Shown here: in pieces, positions 38,231-48,621 of the stretch
Layout: each line of letters starts with the position of its first letter
Numbering within the stretch: the first letter of the stretch is position 1
NCBI GenBank assembly: GCA_049513715.1
Contig: JBEKVV010000001.1
Location: forward strand, 256,001-320,000
Reading direction: 5' to 3'
DNA: 64,000 bases
DNA from: Candidatus Bathyarchaeia archaeon
GTDB lineage: Archaea > Thermoproteota > Bathyarchaeia > 40CM-2-53-6
Notes under the pieces: generated by a model
Databases searched by the model: none
Told to the model about the DNA's origin: nothing
Seen by the model: the letters and a program-made list of their open reading frames with translations, nothing else
Made by a program: the position numbers and the translations under genes

Positions 38231-39640
38231 ATGACCTATTCCATAAAGTCATGCGACACAATGGTGGCCTTGGGAGATTCAACGTCTGATGGGTCAATAA
38301 TTTTCGGTAAGAACAGCGACAGGCCTCCGAATGAAAGCCAACCTCTAAGATACTACCCGCGGGAAACGCACCCCTCTGATTCACTTGTTCAATGTACGTA
38401 CATCAAGGTACCTCAGGCGAGAGAAACTTACGAGATTATCGTCTCCGCGCCTTGGTGGATCTGGGGAGCAGAGATGGGAGCCAACGAACGAAGCGTGGTA
38501 ATCGGAAACGAGTCGGTGTGGTCAAAGGAACCAGTCATCAAGGAAGGTGCTCTGCTTGGCATGGATTTGCTTAGACTCGCCCTTGAAAGAGGAGAAACAG
38601 CCCATGCTGCGATGAACGTCATGATCGATCATCTGCAAAAATACGGACAAGGGGGTACATGCGCGTACGGTGAACAGTCGTACTACGACAATTCGTTCAT
38701 AATAGCTGACAAAAAAGAAGCTTGGATCTTCGAAACCGCGGGTAAGTACTTTGCTGCCAGGAGAGTAAACCACGGAACTGACTCATTATCAAATGCGTAC
38801 ACAATTGAGAGGGATTACGAAGTAGCACATCCGGACCTCATAAAGCATGCAATTGAGAAGAAATGGGCTCGCTCAGAAACCGATTTCAATTTCGTGCGAG
38901 CATACTGGGACTTTACTAAAGAGGACCCGGCTGGTTGTCAGAATAGACGAAACAGGAGTTTTTCATTACTCCAAGAGATGAAAGGTTCAATCACTCCGGA
39001 ATACATAATGCGTGTTCTAAGAGACCATCACGAGGGAACTGTCATCGCGCCCCGTTGGAGCCCAGATCAACACTTCTGGGCGAGTCTCTGCCTTCATGCT
39101 CGTGATAGAGATCCTTTTCACACTTCCGGCAGCTTCGTAGCTCATCTGAAAGACAAATTGCCCACCTTCTGGTTCACAGGATCGTCACAGCCCTGCACGA
39201 GTGACTTTAAGGCAACGTATCTATTCGGAGGAATTCGCCCTCCTGATATCTACACTAGAGGCAATGACAAGTACTCGGATCAATCAGCATGGTGGTTGTA
39301 CGAGGAGTTGAAGCGCCATATCAACATAAATTACAAAGTATATGCCCCCATAGTAATCGCCGTTCTGCGCGATCAAGAGGAAAAGACAATTGAACGAGCG
39401 AGGCTAGTCGAAAGACGCGTGCATCAGCTGTCAGGAGAGGGGCAGAAGGAAAAAGCACAGCAATTGGTTCAAGGTTTTGTGCATGGGACTTGGCTAGATG
39501 CCGTCAGCCACATCAAGGAGCTGAATGAAGTCCTTTCCAGACTGGACCGGTTCGTGGAAAAGCCTCAGCACCTCTACCGAGAATATTGGCACGCGATGAA
39601 TGCTGAAGCACAAATGCCAGAAGAATATACGAGTCTTTGA
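38231..39640 (+). CDS. Peptidase C69 (secernin/dipeptidase) Ntn hydrolase
   Basis: SCDT nucleophile, FGKNSDR..NE.Q, WGAEMGANE, GMDLLRLALER. Confidence 0.92.
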   Translation: MTYSIKSCDTMVALGDSTSDGSIIFGKNSDRPPNESQPLRYYPRETHPSDSLVQCTYIKVPQARETYEIIVSAPWWIWGAEMGANERSVVIGNESVWSKEPVIKEGALLGMDLLRLALERGETAHAAMNVMIDHLQKYGQGGTCAYGEQSYYDNSFIIADKKEAWIFETAGKYFAARRVNHGTDSLSNAYTIERDYEVAHPDLIKHAIEKKWARSETDFNFVRAYWDFTKEDPAGCQNRRNRSFSLLQEMKGSITPEYIMRVLRDHHEGTVIAPRWSPDQHFWASLCLHARDRDPFHTSGSFVAHLKDKLPTFWFTGSSQPCTSDFKATYLFGGIRPPDIYTRGNDKYSDQSAWWLYEELKRHININYKVYAPIVIAVLRDQEEKTIERARLVERRVHQLSGEGQKEKAQQLVQGFVHGTWLDAVSHIKELNEVLSRLDRFVEKPQHLYREYWHAMNAEAQMPEEYTSL

Positions 39641-40017
39641 TGACAGTCTGACATGTATTGTTGCGAATAGCGTCTTGTCCGGCTGTCTGCATGGCCGGGG
39701 AATGCCAAATCCTCTGTAGTCGCGCCGTTTCGATGCGAAATACACTACGATTGTTTCTCAATTCGGAAGTTAGGTCCGGTCTCCTGCCAATCTGGCGAAC
39801 TTCTCGTTTCCCCTTCCCAGAATATCGCTTAATCGCTCCGGGCTTGCGGCGGAGTTTCAAGTCTGGATTGGCTGCTTTTGATCAGCATTGGTTTCATTGG
39901 CCTCCTAAAGTGACTCGCTGTAGAGCAATGTATCGAAGCCGATTTGAAATTCCTCGTTGGAAACGATACAAAATGCACTAATGCCGTTTCCGCTCACACG
40001 AGTAGGAGAAGATCCAA

Positions 40018-41376
40018 ATGCCAATCATCAAGAATAGACGCGAACTCCTTTCCCATGGCAGCAGAGATGGAAGAAAGGTTGTCTTAGATGTGTTGGAATC
40101 CGCTATTGGCGCGGTGAGCGGCCACGAATTAGTCAGACAGTCAGTCGTCATCGCGGGAAACTCGCTAAGAGTTGGTTCTCTCACTTTCGATCTCTCGAAG
40201 ACTGGAGACCTGTACGTTATTGGGGCCGGGAAAGGATCTCTTTCAATTGCTAAAGGGTTAGAAGAAATACTCGGAAGCAGGATCAAAACAGGTCTTGTAA
40301 TCGAGAAGAGGGGCCAAGGCCGGAAGCTCAAATCGATTGAGGTAGTAGAAGCGGATCATCCAATCCCAGACGATGACGGGGTTCGAGCGACAAAGAAGAT
40401 CCTTGACATAGCAGATAATGCGAAAACAAACGATCTGGTGTTCGTTTGCGTGACGGGCGGCTGTTCTGCGCTGATGACAATTCCGGCAGATGGTTTGAGC
40501 CTTGATGATGTTAGAGAGCTGACTCAACAAGTTCTCATGTGTGGCGCCTCCCTCCGCGACATAAACACCGTGAGGAAGCACATCTCCAAAGTGATGGGTG
40601 GACGACTTGCTATGAGAATTCATCCTGCGCAGACAATAGGTCTCATAATAGTTGACGAGGTGGAAGGACGACCATGGGGCCCGACTGTTCCGGACACCAC
40701 TACATTTCGAGACGCCCTTCATGTACTAAAGAAATACAACCTGCTGAATGTAGTTCCGGTCTCGGTTAGGAAGCATTTGGAAAAGGCAGAGCCTGAACAA
40801 GAGACTCCCAAGCTTCTTGATTTTCAACGCCAGAAAGTTAAGGTGCACAACTGGGTCTTGGCGAACAGCGAAACACTGTGCGAGGCAGCACAAGAAAGAG
40901 CTAAGGAATTGGGCTGTAATGCTATGATTCTTTCGACTGCTCTTGAAGGTGAAAGCCGAGAGGCAGGAACCATGTTGGCGTGCATTGCAAGAGAAGTGGA
41001 AGAACACATGAGACCTCTACATCCTCCCTGCGTTCTTATAGTAGGCGGAGAGACGACGGTCACAATCCGAGGACAACATGGCGAAGGAGGAAGAAACCAA
41101 GAATTTGCGCTCGCTGCGTCGTTGAAGATTGAAGGAAGCCGGAAGACCGTAATTGCGTCTGTTGGTACGGATGGAACTGACGGACCAACGGATGCCGCCG
41201 GTGCGATAGCTGATGGTTACACAGCGGAAAGAGCACGTGAAATGAAGACCGACGTATATGAAAACCTTGCAAAACACAATTCATATCATGTCTTTAGACA
41301 GCTTGAGGACGCGGTCTTCACAAGACCAACAGGAACAAACGTAATGGACCTACGACTTGCGTACGTTAGCGTATGA
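40018..41376 (+). CDS. Glycerate 2-kinase (MOFRL family)
   Basis: GAGKG, HPIPD, TGGCSAL, RKHIS...GG, GGETTV, GGRNQE, TDGTDG, TGTNVMD. Confidence 0.92.
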   Translation: MPIIKNRRELLSHGSRDGRKVVLDVLESAIGAVSGHELVRQSVVIAGNSLRVGSLTFDLSKTGDLYVIGAGKGSLSIAKGLEEILGSRIKTGLVIEKRGQGRKLKSIEVVEADHPIPDDDGVRATKKILDIADNAKTNDLVFVCVTGGCSALMTIPADGLSLDDVRELTQQVLMCGASLRDINTVRKHISKVMGGRLAMRIHPAQTIGLIIVDEVEGRPWGPTVPDTTTFRDALHVLKKYNLLNVVPVSVRKHLEKAEPEQETPKLLDFQRQKVKVHNWVLANSETLCEAAQERAKELGCNAMILSTALEGESREAGTMLACIAREVEEHMRPLHPPCVLIVGGETTVTIRGQHGEGGRNQEFALAASLKIEGSRKTVIASVGTDGTDGPTDAAGAIADGYTAERAREMKTDVYENLAKHNSYHVFRQLEDAVFTRPTGTNVMDLRLAYVSV

Positions 41377-41470
41377 TTCTCAATAGTTTTCAAGGAAAGA
41401 TAGAAGGAGCAATGCTTATACTTTCAACAACGGGCTTTCGCAAAGTCCACTTGTAGGAAGTCCCTTCAAG

Positions 41471-42754
41471 ATGCGCCAATTCACAATAGCTTCAGTAAAT
41501 GCAAGGGAGATTCTGGACAGCAGGGGAAACCCAACGGTCGAGGTTGATGTGGTCACCCAAACCGGAGTTTTGGGACGCGCAGATGCCCCTGCCGGTCGAT
41601 CAAGAGGAACCTACGAAGCCGTCGAGATCAGGGACGGCGGCAGAAGATACGGTGGACTCGGCGTAAGGAAAGCTGTCGAAATTGTAAACCGCAAGCTGGC
41701 GCCTCTTCTGAGAGGTATGGATGCAAGAAGACAGAGAGATATCGACCGGAAAATGATAGAATTTGATGGTACAGAAAACAAGTCCAAACTTGGTGGAAAC
41801 GTTACAGTTGCAGCATCATGGGCGGTAGCAAAAGCAGCAGCAAACGCGCTTTCTGTTCCGATTTATCGACACATAGGTGGTCCTAACGCCCACATTCTGC
41901 CGGTTCCAATGTTCCTCTACATTTGCGGAGGAAAACTCGCTGCAACCGACTTCGACTTTCAAGAGTTCAACGTCATGCCAGTTGGATCAAAGAGTTTCTC
42001 TGAAGCACTGCAACTAGGCGCCGAAGTCTATCATACGCTGGGCAAAATGCTCGCGAAGAAGTATGGAAAACACTCCTTGAACACTGGCGATGAAGGGACC
42101 TACGCTCCACCGGGACCAAACGACCCACACGATGCCTACGATATGATTTTGAAGGCAATCGAAGAAGAAGGGTATGGAAAGAAATTCATACTGGCATTGG
42201 ACGCAGCCGCAACTCACCTGTACGACCCCAGAACGAAGAGGTACAAGTACATGGGAAAGAAAATCACACGCGAGACGCTGATGGACGTTTACGAAGATCT
42301 TGTAAAGACATACCCACTCGCCTCCATCGAGGACCCGTTTCAAGAGGACGACTTCGAAGCATTCGCCGAGATTAGGAAGAAACTTGACATCCAAATAGTA
42401 GGAGATGACTTCCTCGTTTCAAGCACTAAACGCCTAAAGAAGGCGGTCAAAATGGGCGCCGCAAATTGCGTGCTTCTCAAGGTTAATCAAATCGGAACTC
42501 TCACCGAAGCTTTGGAAACAGCCGAATGCGCTAACGAGAATAGCTACGGTGTACTAGTTTCAGAACGGTCGGCTCAAACGGAGGATACTTGGCTCGCAGA
42601 CCTGACGGTTGGAATCGACGCTGGCCAGATAAAAAACGGCGCACCCGCCAGAAGCGAAAGGGTCGCTCAATTCAATCAGCTCCTTCGAATCGAGGAAGAG
42701 TTAGGAAGATCCGCAAAGTATGCTGGCCGCAACTTCCGAACGCCCCTACAGTGA
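41471..42754 (+). CDS. eno: Enolase homolog with divergent active-site motifs
   Basis: REILDSRGNPTVEV, QEF, GDEG, SIED, VGDD, LKVNQIG, NQLLRIEE. Confidence 0.88.
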   Translation: MRQFTIASVNAREILDSRGNPTVEVDVVTQTGVLGRADAPAGRSRGTYEAVEIRDGGRRYGGLGVRKAVEIVNRKLAPLLRGMDARRQRDIDRKMIEFDGTENKSKLGGNVTVAASWAVAKAAANALSVPIYRHIGGPNAHILPVPMFLYICGGKLAATDFDFQEFNVMPVGSKSFSEALQLGAEVYHTLGKMLAKKYGKHSLNTGDEGTYAPPGPNDPHDAYDMILKAIEEEGYGKKFILALDAAATHLYDPRTKRYKYMGKKITRETLMDVYEDLVKTYPLASIEDPFQEDDFEAFAEIRKKLDIQIVGDDFLVSSTKRLKKAVKMGAANCVLLKVNQIGTLTEALETAECANENSYGVLVSERSAQTEDTWLADLTVGIDAGQIKNGAPARSERVAQFNQLLRIEEELGRSAKYAGRNFRTPLQ

Positions 42755-42871
42755 TGCTTCCTCATACAGTTGACACCACCTACACCGTGACCTCGACATG
42801 TTCCTGATTCGATGCTTGTTGACGGCCTTGAATTGGACAAGTCGCTTGAATGCGCGCGGGCTCTGTTGGAC

Positions 42872-44143
42872 ATGAATCAAATGGTGACACTTCCCTACGG
42901 TCAACAGCACCTCACTCTAAGGACACGAAACGCGAAACTCTTTAGACCGAAGAGTCCGCGGCCAGTTGGGAACCCGAGAAAGTATGCTCAACGTAAGATC
43001 TCAACTTACTTCAAAGAGAACCGCGGTTCCTTCCTCCAGTTCAAAGGGAAGAAAGCCTGCCTCGTTGTCAGCGATAATACGCGTTTTGCATTGAATCACA
43101 TCACCGTACCGCTGTTGCTTAAGGAACTTGAGAGCGTGGAGATCGCAACAAGGGATATCCTGATTCTGGTCGCAACAGGTCTTCACGCGCCAATGAGCCG
43201 GAGTGAATTGATCGAGAATCTCGGAGAGCAAATCGTCGTGAACTTTAACATCAAGAACCATGATGCGAATGCAGGACTGGTTTCTGTTGGAAAAACTTCG
43301 CGAGGAACTCCACTGTTGCTCAACAGACACTTCATGGAATCTGATCTGAAAATCGCCACAGGTCTAGTTGCGCCACACTTTCACGCAGGGTTCGGTGGAG
43401 GGTACAAGAGCATCGTTCCAGGAATCGCGGGTGAACTCACCATTCTGAGGAATCACAGCTTCAACATGCTGGAACACGACAACGCTAGGTACGGATGCAT
43501 GGACGGAAACCCCGTCTACGAGGATATTGTAGAAGCGGGACAAAAAAGCGGACTACATTTCATCGTCAACATCACTGTGGATCCGGAAATGAGGTTGACG
43601 CACCTGTTCATTGGAGAGCCACGAGTAACTCATAGGAAAGCGGCTGAAACGGTTGCTAAGGACATGGAGGTGAAGTTCCACGGACTCTTTGATGTCGTTG
43701 TGACCACGAATGGGGGGTATCCACTCGACAGGAACCTGTATCAGTGTGTTAAGGGCTTGGCTGTCGCAGAACGAATGACCAAACATGGCGGGACAATTAT
43801 ACTTGCGAGTGAGTGTAGGGATGGCGTAGGACACGTAACCTTTCAAAAATACATGGCCTTCGGAAAGGATCCCAATGAGGTTCTACAAAGACTCAAGGCC
43901 GACGAGCCCGTTCCAGATCAAGACAACATCCAGATACTAGCAAGAATTCTAACAAAGGCAAGAGTCATAGTCGTCACTAGGGGAGTTGACGCCACAACCA
44001 TCAGAGCAATGAAAATGGAGCACGCCGAATCCATTGACCAGGGGCTACGGTCATGCGGCCAGTCTGCGAGCGAGAGGCGAAGCGTTGCAATCGTGCCTGG
44101 AGGACCGTATGTTTTTCCAATCGAACCCGGCCCAACCTTCTGA
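42872..44143 (+). CDS. LarA family nickel-pincer-dependent racemase/epimerase
   Basis: SDNTR, ATGLH, NHD, PHFHAGFGGGYK, GYPLD.NLYQ..K; ATG 42872 within ORF 42812..44143. Confidence 0.9.
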   Translation: MNQMVTLPYGQQHLTLRTRNAKLFRPKSPRPVGNPRKYAQRKISTYFKENRGSFLQFKGKKACLVVSDNTRFALNHITVPLLLKELESVEIATRDILILVATGLHAPMSRSELIENLGEQIVVNFNIKNHDANAGLVSVGKTSRGTPLLLNRHFMESDLKIATGLVAPHFHAGFGGGYKSIVPGIAGELTILRNHSFNMLEHDNARYGCMDGNPVYEDIVEAGQKSGLHFIVNITVDPEMRLTHLFIGEPRVTHRKAAETVAKDMEVKFHGLFDVVVTTNGGYPLDRNLYQCVKGLAVAERMTKHGGTIILASECRDGVGHVTFQKYMAFGKDPNEVLQRLKADEPVPDQDNIQILARILTKARVIVVTRGVDATTIRAMKMEHAESIDQGLRSCGQSASERRSVAIVPGGPYVFPIEPGPTF

Positions 44144-44431
44144 ACAAATGGCTGAGCTTACCACACACGAGAAAACACGCTAACGTTTCGCAATGCTAGC
44201 TGGATACTTCACGGTTATGATAGAAATCGTACATTACATGGAGCCGGAAAGTAAGGAAGAGTCCGTTCACAGCTCAAGTTCAGTTTTCATTCGGCCTAAA
44301 ACCGGCTCAAAACCAGCTGAAAACCTGCTAGGTCGACAGTTCTAAACGACGGTGTAAAGCTATCCCGAGGCTCCATAATACTGGTTCAAATCCTTGCATT
44401 TTTCTACTGGGCAACCAGCCTTGAGAAATAA

Positions 44432-44776
44432 GCTGGACATATACGACTGGCAACGACTGACGATATCAAGAAGCTTGTAGCCGACCTTAACGATTCAAAA
44501 TATGCTGACTGGACTAAGAACGACTTCCGGATCGCTCTGAAACGGTTTTATCGGTGGCTTCGAGGTTTTCAATCAGAGCAAGACCCACCGGAGACCGCCT
44601 GGCTTCGTGTACGCGCAAGCAAGAAGACGATATTGCCAGAGGAACTGCTCTCCCAGGATGACGTTTCAAAGCTTCTTCGAGCATGTGAAAACTCTAGGGA
44701 TAGGGCATTTGTTCTGACTCTTTACGAACTTGGCGGGAGAATCGGCGAGATTCTATCGCTACGGCGAAAGATCTGA
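44432..44776 (+). pseudogene. Tyrosine recombinase/integrase remnant (absent from the ORF track)
   Basis: Hand translation ATTDDIKKLV..YADWTKNDFRIALKRFYRWL..PPETAWL..LPEELLSQDDVSKLLRACENSRDRAFVLTLYELGGRIGEILSLR; no start codon; ends after the box I Arg; H-x-x-R and Tyr missing. Confidence 0.85.
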
Positions 44777-44802
44777 TTGAGGAGAGTATCAAGATCTACA
44801 GT

Positions 44803-46014
44803 GTGGTTCAGGAGGCGGAGATCGGAAACGCATTGAGTTTTATTCAGTTTGGGGGCGAACCCCATCTTAGATGCTCCACTTGCGCTCAGACTTTCGGGCC
44901 ATACTCTCCTGGAACATACATATCCGGCGGATTCAGCGACCTTTCCGCAGCCTACACCAACGGAGCGGACCCCGCGCCGTTGCTTAAGGGACTGAAAGTT
45001 GAATTGGAGAGGTTTAGCCCATTGGTAGAGAGCTATCCATTCTTTACGAACGCTTGTTACTGGGTGCTGAAAATCATTGATTCGGCGACATTCTTCATAG
45101 ACGGAGAGCTTGCCGCTAACCACATTTCCGTAACGACTATCATTGGCAGGTCACCCGTCAACATAATTGTGATGGATCCGCTGCGAAGGATTATCGGCGG
45201 CAACCCTGCCAGTAGTAACTCCTCGGCGAACCAGATCCCTGATTCCAACTATGGTGGCCCGAATGTTGAACCGCAGGAAATCGTCATATTCAACCCTCTT
45301 AACGGTAGCTACCAAGTCAGACTGGTCGGAACAGCTAACGGGTCCTTCAATATCTCGCTAGCACTCGTAACAGAGGATTCCCTTCTCAACCAAAGCTACT
45401 CAGGAACTACTGTGAAAGATGAAACACATCTCCTCTCGCAGACGATTGCATCTGGAAGATTACAATCCACCGCGCCAATCACTGTGAACCCTTCGGTCCT
45501 CATACCTCTAGGAGCGGGGTGGAACCTAATTTCGTTGTATCTGGTGCCCGACACCGTGGATGTGTCAAAGATTCTTGCACCACTCATAGCAAAGAATGAA
45601 ATCGGAGCGGTGTGGGGGTACACGGGTCTTCCGAGGAGCTGGAAGTTTCTCATTCCCGGCAAAACGGGCACGTTGACCAGCATGGTGGATGGGTATGGTT
45701 ACTGGGTTTACATGCTGAAAGCCGACACCCTGTACCTGAACGGAACAGTGATTCTGCATGCCGCAACTCCGCCAAGTTATGTCCTAGCGGCTGGGTGGAA
45801 TCTGGTTGGGTTCAAACCTCAGCCTACGGTACAGAACGAGACCGTCACACAATATCTAACGAGCATCTCTGGAAGCTACGATCAGAATAATGTGTGGATC
45901 TACGACAACACCAGCGGTGCATGGATTCGGGCCACAAGCACAACGATGTTCACACCCGGAGAAGCCATGTGGATACTCGTAACATCACCCTCAGGCGCAA
46001 CACTTAGACCATGA
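44803..46014 (+). CDS. Probably 5'-truncated secreted/surface protein with two L..GWNL repeats
   Basis: SPV.I.V.DP..R..G module, LGAGWNLISL and LAAGWNLVGF repeats; no signal peptide; abuts the integrase break. Confidence 0.6.
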   Translation: MVQEAEIGNALSFIQFGGEPHLRCSTCAQTFGPYSPGTYISGGFSDLSAAYTNGADPAPLLKGLKVELERFSPLVESYPFFTNACYWVLKIIDSATFFIDGELAANHISVTTIIGRSPVNIIVMDPLRRIIGGNPASSNSSANQIPDSNYGGPNVEPQEIVIFNPLNGSYQVRLVGTANGSFNISLALVTEDSLLNQSYSGTTVKDETHLLSQTIASGRLQSTAPITVNPSVLIPLGAGWNLISLYLVPDTVDVSKILAPLIAKNEIGAVWGYTGLPRSWKFLIPGKTGTLTSMVDGYGYWVYMLKADTLYLNGTVILHAATPPSYVLAAGWNLVGFKPQPTVQNETVTQYLTSISGSYDQNNVWIYDNTSGAWIRATSTTMFTPGEAMWILVTSPSGATLRP

Positions 46015-46412
46015 ATCAGCTGTATCGGTTTAAGCACAGCATGGATTTTGAATTGAATACAGGGGGATTACTTGCCACGCTAAAGTCAGAGGATAACCTC
46101 TTAGCCCCTAAGCGTCTGTCCTCTTAGGGCATCGGGATTTCTCAAGTTGAGCGCAAGCAGCGAATTCTCCGACAGCCATAAAATCGGTGATTTCTGACCT
46201 TTTTTCAGCTCTTCTTGAGCTGTACGGCTGCTTTATCGCGCTTGTCTTTCGCGTATGTTTTCCATTTATCACTGAGGTGGGCGGAGGGCAGTGCCCGTTG
46301 CCGAGGAAGAAGCGCACATTCTGTTGTTCGAGCCTGCATCCACGCTGAATACCGGTAGTGTGCGGGACGAGCGGACCATAGAAAATGTCGACAGAATCTG
46401 AGTGTTACTGCG

Positions 46413-46898
46413 TCAAACCAGATTCTTTACGAGATCCCAACCATCTCTTAGCCAAGGAGTTACGGATCTGGAAACTAGTAATTCGCTAATCTTGTCTTTC
46501 GATAGAAATTCAAAACCTGCGGATTCCTTGTCATCAATCTTCACAGGCTCATTGCTCACACAGGTGAAGGCAGTAACAGCCTGGTGTTCTGGTGGGTCAT
46601 GGTGTATGAATTTCCCAACAAGTTGAAGAGCTGCCGTACTTCCGACCTCTTCCAGCAATTCTCGCTCTGCAGCTTGTTCGTAGGTCTCTCCGTAGATAAC
46701 GTGAAACGCGCAGGAACTATCGTAACGGTTGGGGAAAATTCGCTTCGAGGGGCTTCGGTGCTGAATCAGTATCATTCCATCAGAACGCTTTAGGAAAATA
46801 ATCCCTGACCGGTGCAGGACGCCTTCGGAATGGGCATATTTTCTTTCCACAGAGCCGACTACAGAGTCGTCTTCGCGGACGTGATAAAGCAGCTCCAA
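46413..46898 (-). CDS. NUDIX hydrolase (type 1 IPP isomerase-like)
   Basis: AH..G.LHR, R...K..FP...D, GETYEQAAERELLEEVG. Confidence 0.85.
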   Translation of the reverse strand: MELLYHVREDDSVVGSVERKYAHSEGVLHRSGIIFLKRSDGMILIQHRSPSKRIFPNRYDSSCAFHVIYGETYEQAAERELLEEVGSTAALQLVGKFIHHDPPEHQAVTAFTCVSNEPVKIDDKESAGFEFLSKDKISELLVSRSVTPWLRDGWDLVKNLV

Positions 46899-46912
46899 AT
46901 TCCCTAAACCCT

Positions 46913-48565
46913 TCAGAAAATTCTCTTTCTGGCGAGCACTATGAAGATCACAGCTACGATCGCGATCACCGCTACGGCTCTTTGCGTTTCCTGTGTGAAT
47001 GCTTGAGTTTCGTCTTGGGCGGTGAGGGGCTCGCCGGTTATCGGATTTAGCAGGTTTTCAACGGGGGCGTAGTTGTCGGTGAGTATTGGTGCGTTATTAG
47101 CGCTTGGAGTGGTGTAGTTGCTTACGTCTTCTTCGAGCGATGAGATTCTTGGGCTGGTTGTAGTGTCGGCTAATTGTTGAAAGTTGTTTTCCGTCAATGT
47201 TTTGGGTTGTAAGGTTGCCACTATTATCACGTTCTGTGGGTTCCCATAGCCAGCTCCCATTACAGGAAAGATGTAGATGTTGGGGAACGTGAGGTGCATA
47301 GTGTTTGTTTCGGCGTAAAGCAGTTTCGAATTGTCCCCGCTTGTTGCAGCGATCAGGTTTGAGATTACTGTGCCGTTTGTTGTTAGGTGATTAACTAGGA
47401 GTTTGAAGAACTCGTTTGTCATCAAGTGAAATGGAACGTAAGTTTTTGAGTAGGCGTCGAGCACTATCAGGTCGTACTTCCGCTGCGTCGATTGCAGGAA
47501 GATACGGCCGTCGTCGTTGAATACGTGCAGCCGTGGGGTGTTTGGGTCTACGAAGAAGTATTGTTCAGCGACGTGAATCACCTCAGGGTCGATTTCCACG
47601 ACGTCCACTGTGACGTTCGGGTAGTCTTTCAGGAAAGCTTTCGGCCCCGTAAAGCCCCCGCCGCCGATGAAGAGGACTCTTGTTATGTTCGGGTTGAGCA
47701 GAAATCCCAAATGGAAATAGTCAGTGTAAGGGTAAACGGTCCTATCGGGGTTCTTGAGGTCCATAGCGCTGTGGAAATTGTCGTCTAGGACTAGGATGCG
47801 AATGTAAGAGGCGTGAGCTGGATCGTACGAGTCTGCCACGATTAGATGGTGGTATGGCGTGTCCGTCTCGTAGATTGTGTCGCCTAACGCCAACGTGTAG
47901 GCGGCTACGGTCAAGCGTTGACTGACGAGATATGGGGCTGCAAAAGGCATGATGATGAGGATGAGAAGAACGAAGGCTTTCATCCGGAAGCCCAGTCCAA
48001 GAAATGCAACTACCAGCAGCGTGATTCCCAATGCGAAGATAATCTTGTTCACGCCGAATGCAGGAATTAGTACGAAGACTGTGATGAATGTGCCAGCGAT
48101 GCTGCCTAAGGTCGAGAGCGCGTATAGGTTTCCTGAGGCCTTGCCCAGCTTCTCGAAGCTTTCGGTTGCCAATCGTATTGCATAGGGCGATACCATTCCT
48201 AGGAGTATGCTTGGCGGCCCGAGTAGGATGGTGGTTGCGATTAGGGGCGAGTATCGTTCTCCTAGATTGAGGGCTATCACAGAATTGAAAATTGGGGGTG
48301 CCAGAGCCGGCAACGCTAGGGCAAGGAGCCCCGCAGCGAAGATTATGGTTGATAGAATGTGGAGTTGTGGTAACCGGTCGGCCAGCTGTCCGCCAAGATA
48401 GTAACCTGCGCTCAGCGCGGCCAACACCACGCCAATGAGACTCCCCCAAACGAAAATCGAGTTACCGAACACTGGTGCCAGCAACCGGCTGCCCAACAGT
48501 TCAAGCGCCATAACCACGGCGCCAGAGACGAAGACTGAGAGCAAGAGGCGTAGTTGTTGGGGCAT
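46913..48565 (-). CDS. Fused membrane domain/spermidine synthase-like protein
   Basis: SGAVVMALE..SRLLAP.FG TM region; VLFIGGGG, VEIDPEV, DGR.FL, LDAY, TDNYAP. Confidence 0.88.
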   Translation of the reverse strand: MPQQLRLLLSVFVSGAVVMALELLGSRLLAPVFGNSIFVWGSLIGVVLAALSAGYYLGGQLADRLPQLHILSTIIFAAGLLALALPALAPPIFNSVIALNLGERYSPLIATTILLGPPSILLGMVSPYAIRLATESFEKLGKASGNLYALSTLGSIAGTFITVFVLIPAFGVNKIIFALGITLLVVAFLGLGFRMKAFVLLILIIMPFAAPYLVSQRLTVAAYTLALGDTIYETDTPYHHLIVADSYDPAHASYIRILVLDDNFHSAMDLKNPDRTVYPYTDYFHLGFLLNPNITRVLFIGGGGFTGPKAFLKDYPNVTVDVVEIDPEVIHVAEQYFFVDPNTPRLHVFNDDGRIFLQSTQRKYDLIVLDAYSKTYVPFHLMTNEFFKLLVNHLTTNGTVISNLIAATSGDNSKLLYAETNTMHLTFPNIYIFPVMGAGYGNPQNVIIVATLQPKTLTENNFQQLADTTTSPRISSLEEDVSNYTTPSANNAPILTDNYAPVENLLNPITGEPLTAQDETQAFTQETQRAVAVIAIVAVIFIVLARKRIF

Positions 48566-48621
48566 GGTTCACTCATCGCAGGCATGTCTAGGTAATAAAC
48601 GCTGAAGAATTCGGTTGGGTG

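Larger units (their letters stand above)
35281..44375. mobile_element. Putative decayed genomic island integrated at tRNA-Thr(TGT)
   Basis: 12-bp direct repeat CCCGAGGCTCCA at 35281-35292 (tRNA 3' end) and 44364-44375, the second next to an integrase remnant. Confidence 0.55.

Noticed and set aside
39641..40017. Short ORFs between the C69 peptidase and glycerate kinase genes
   Set aside because: No recognisable motifs; may be decayed sequence, but unsupported
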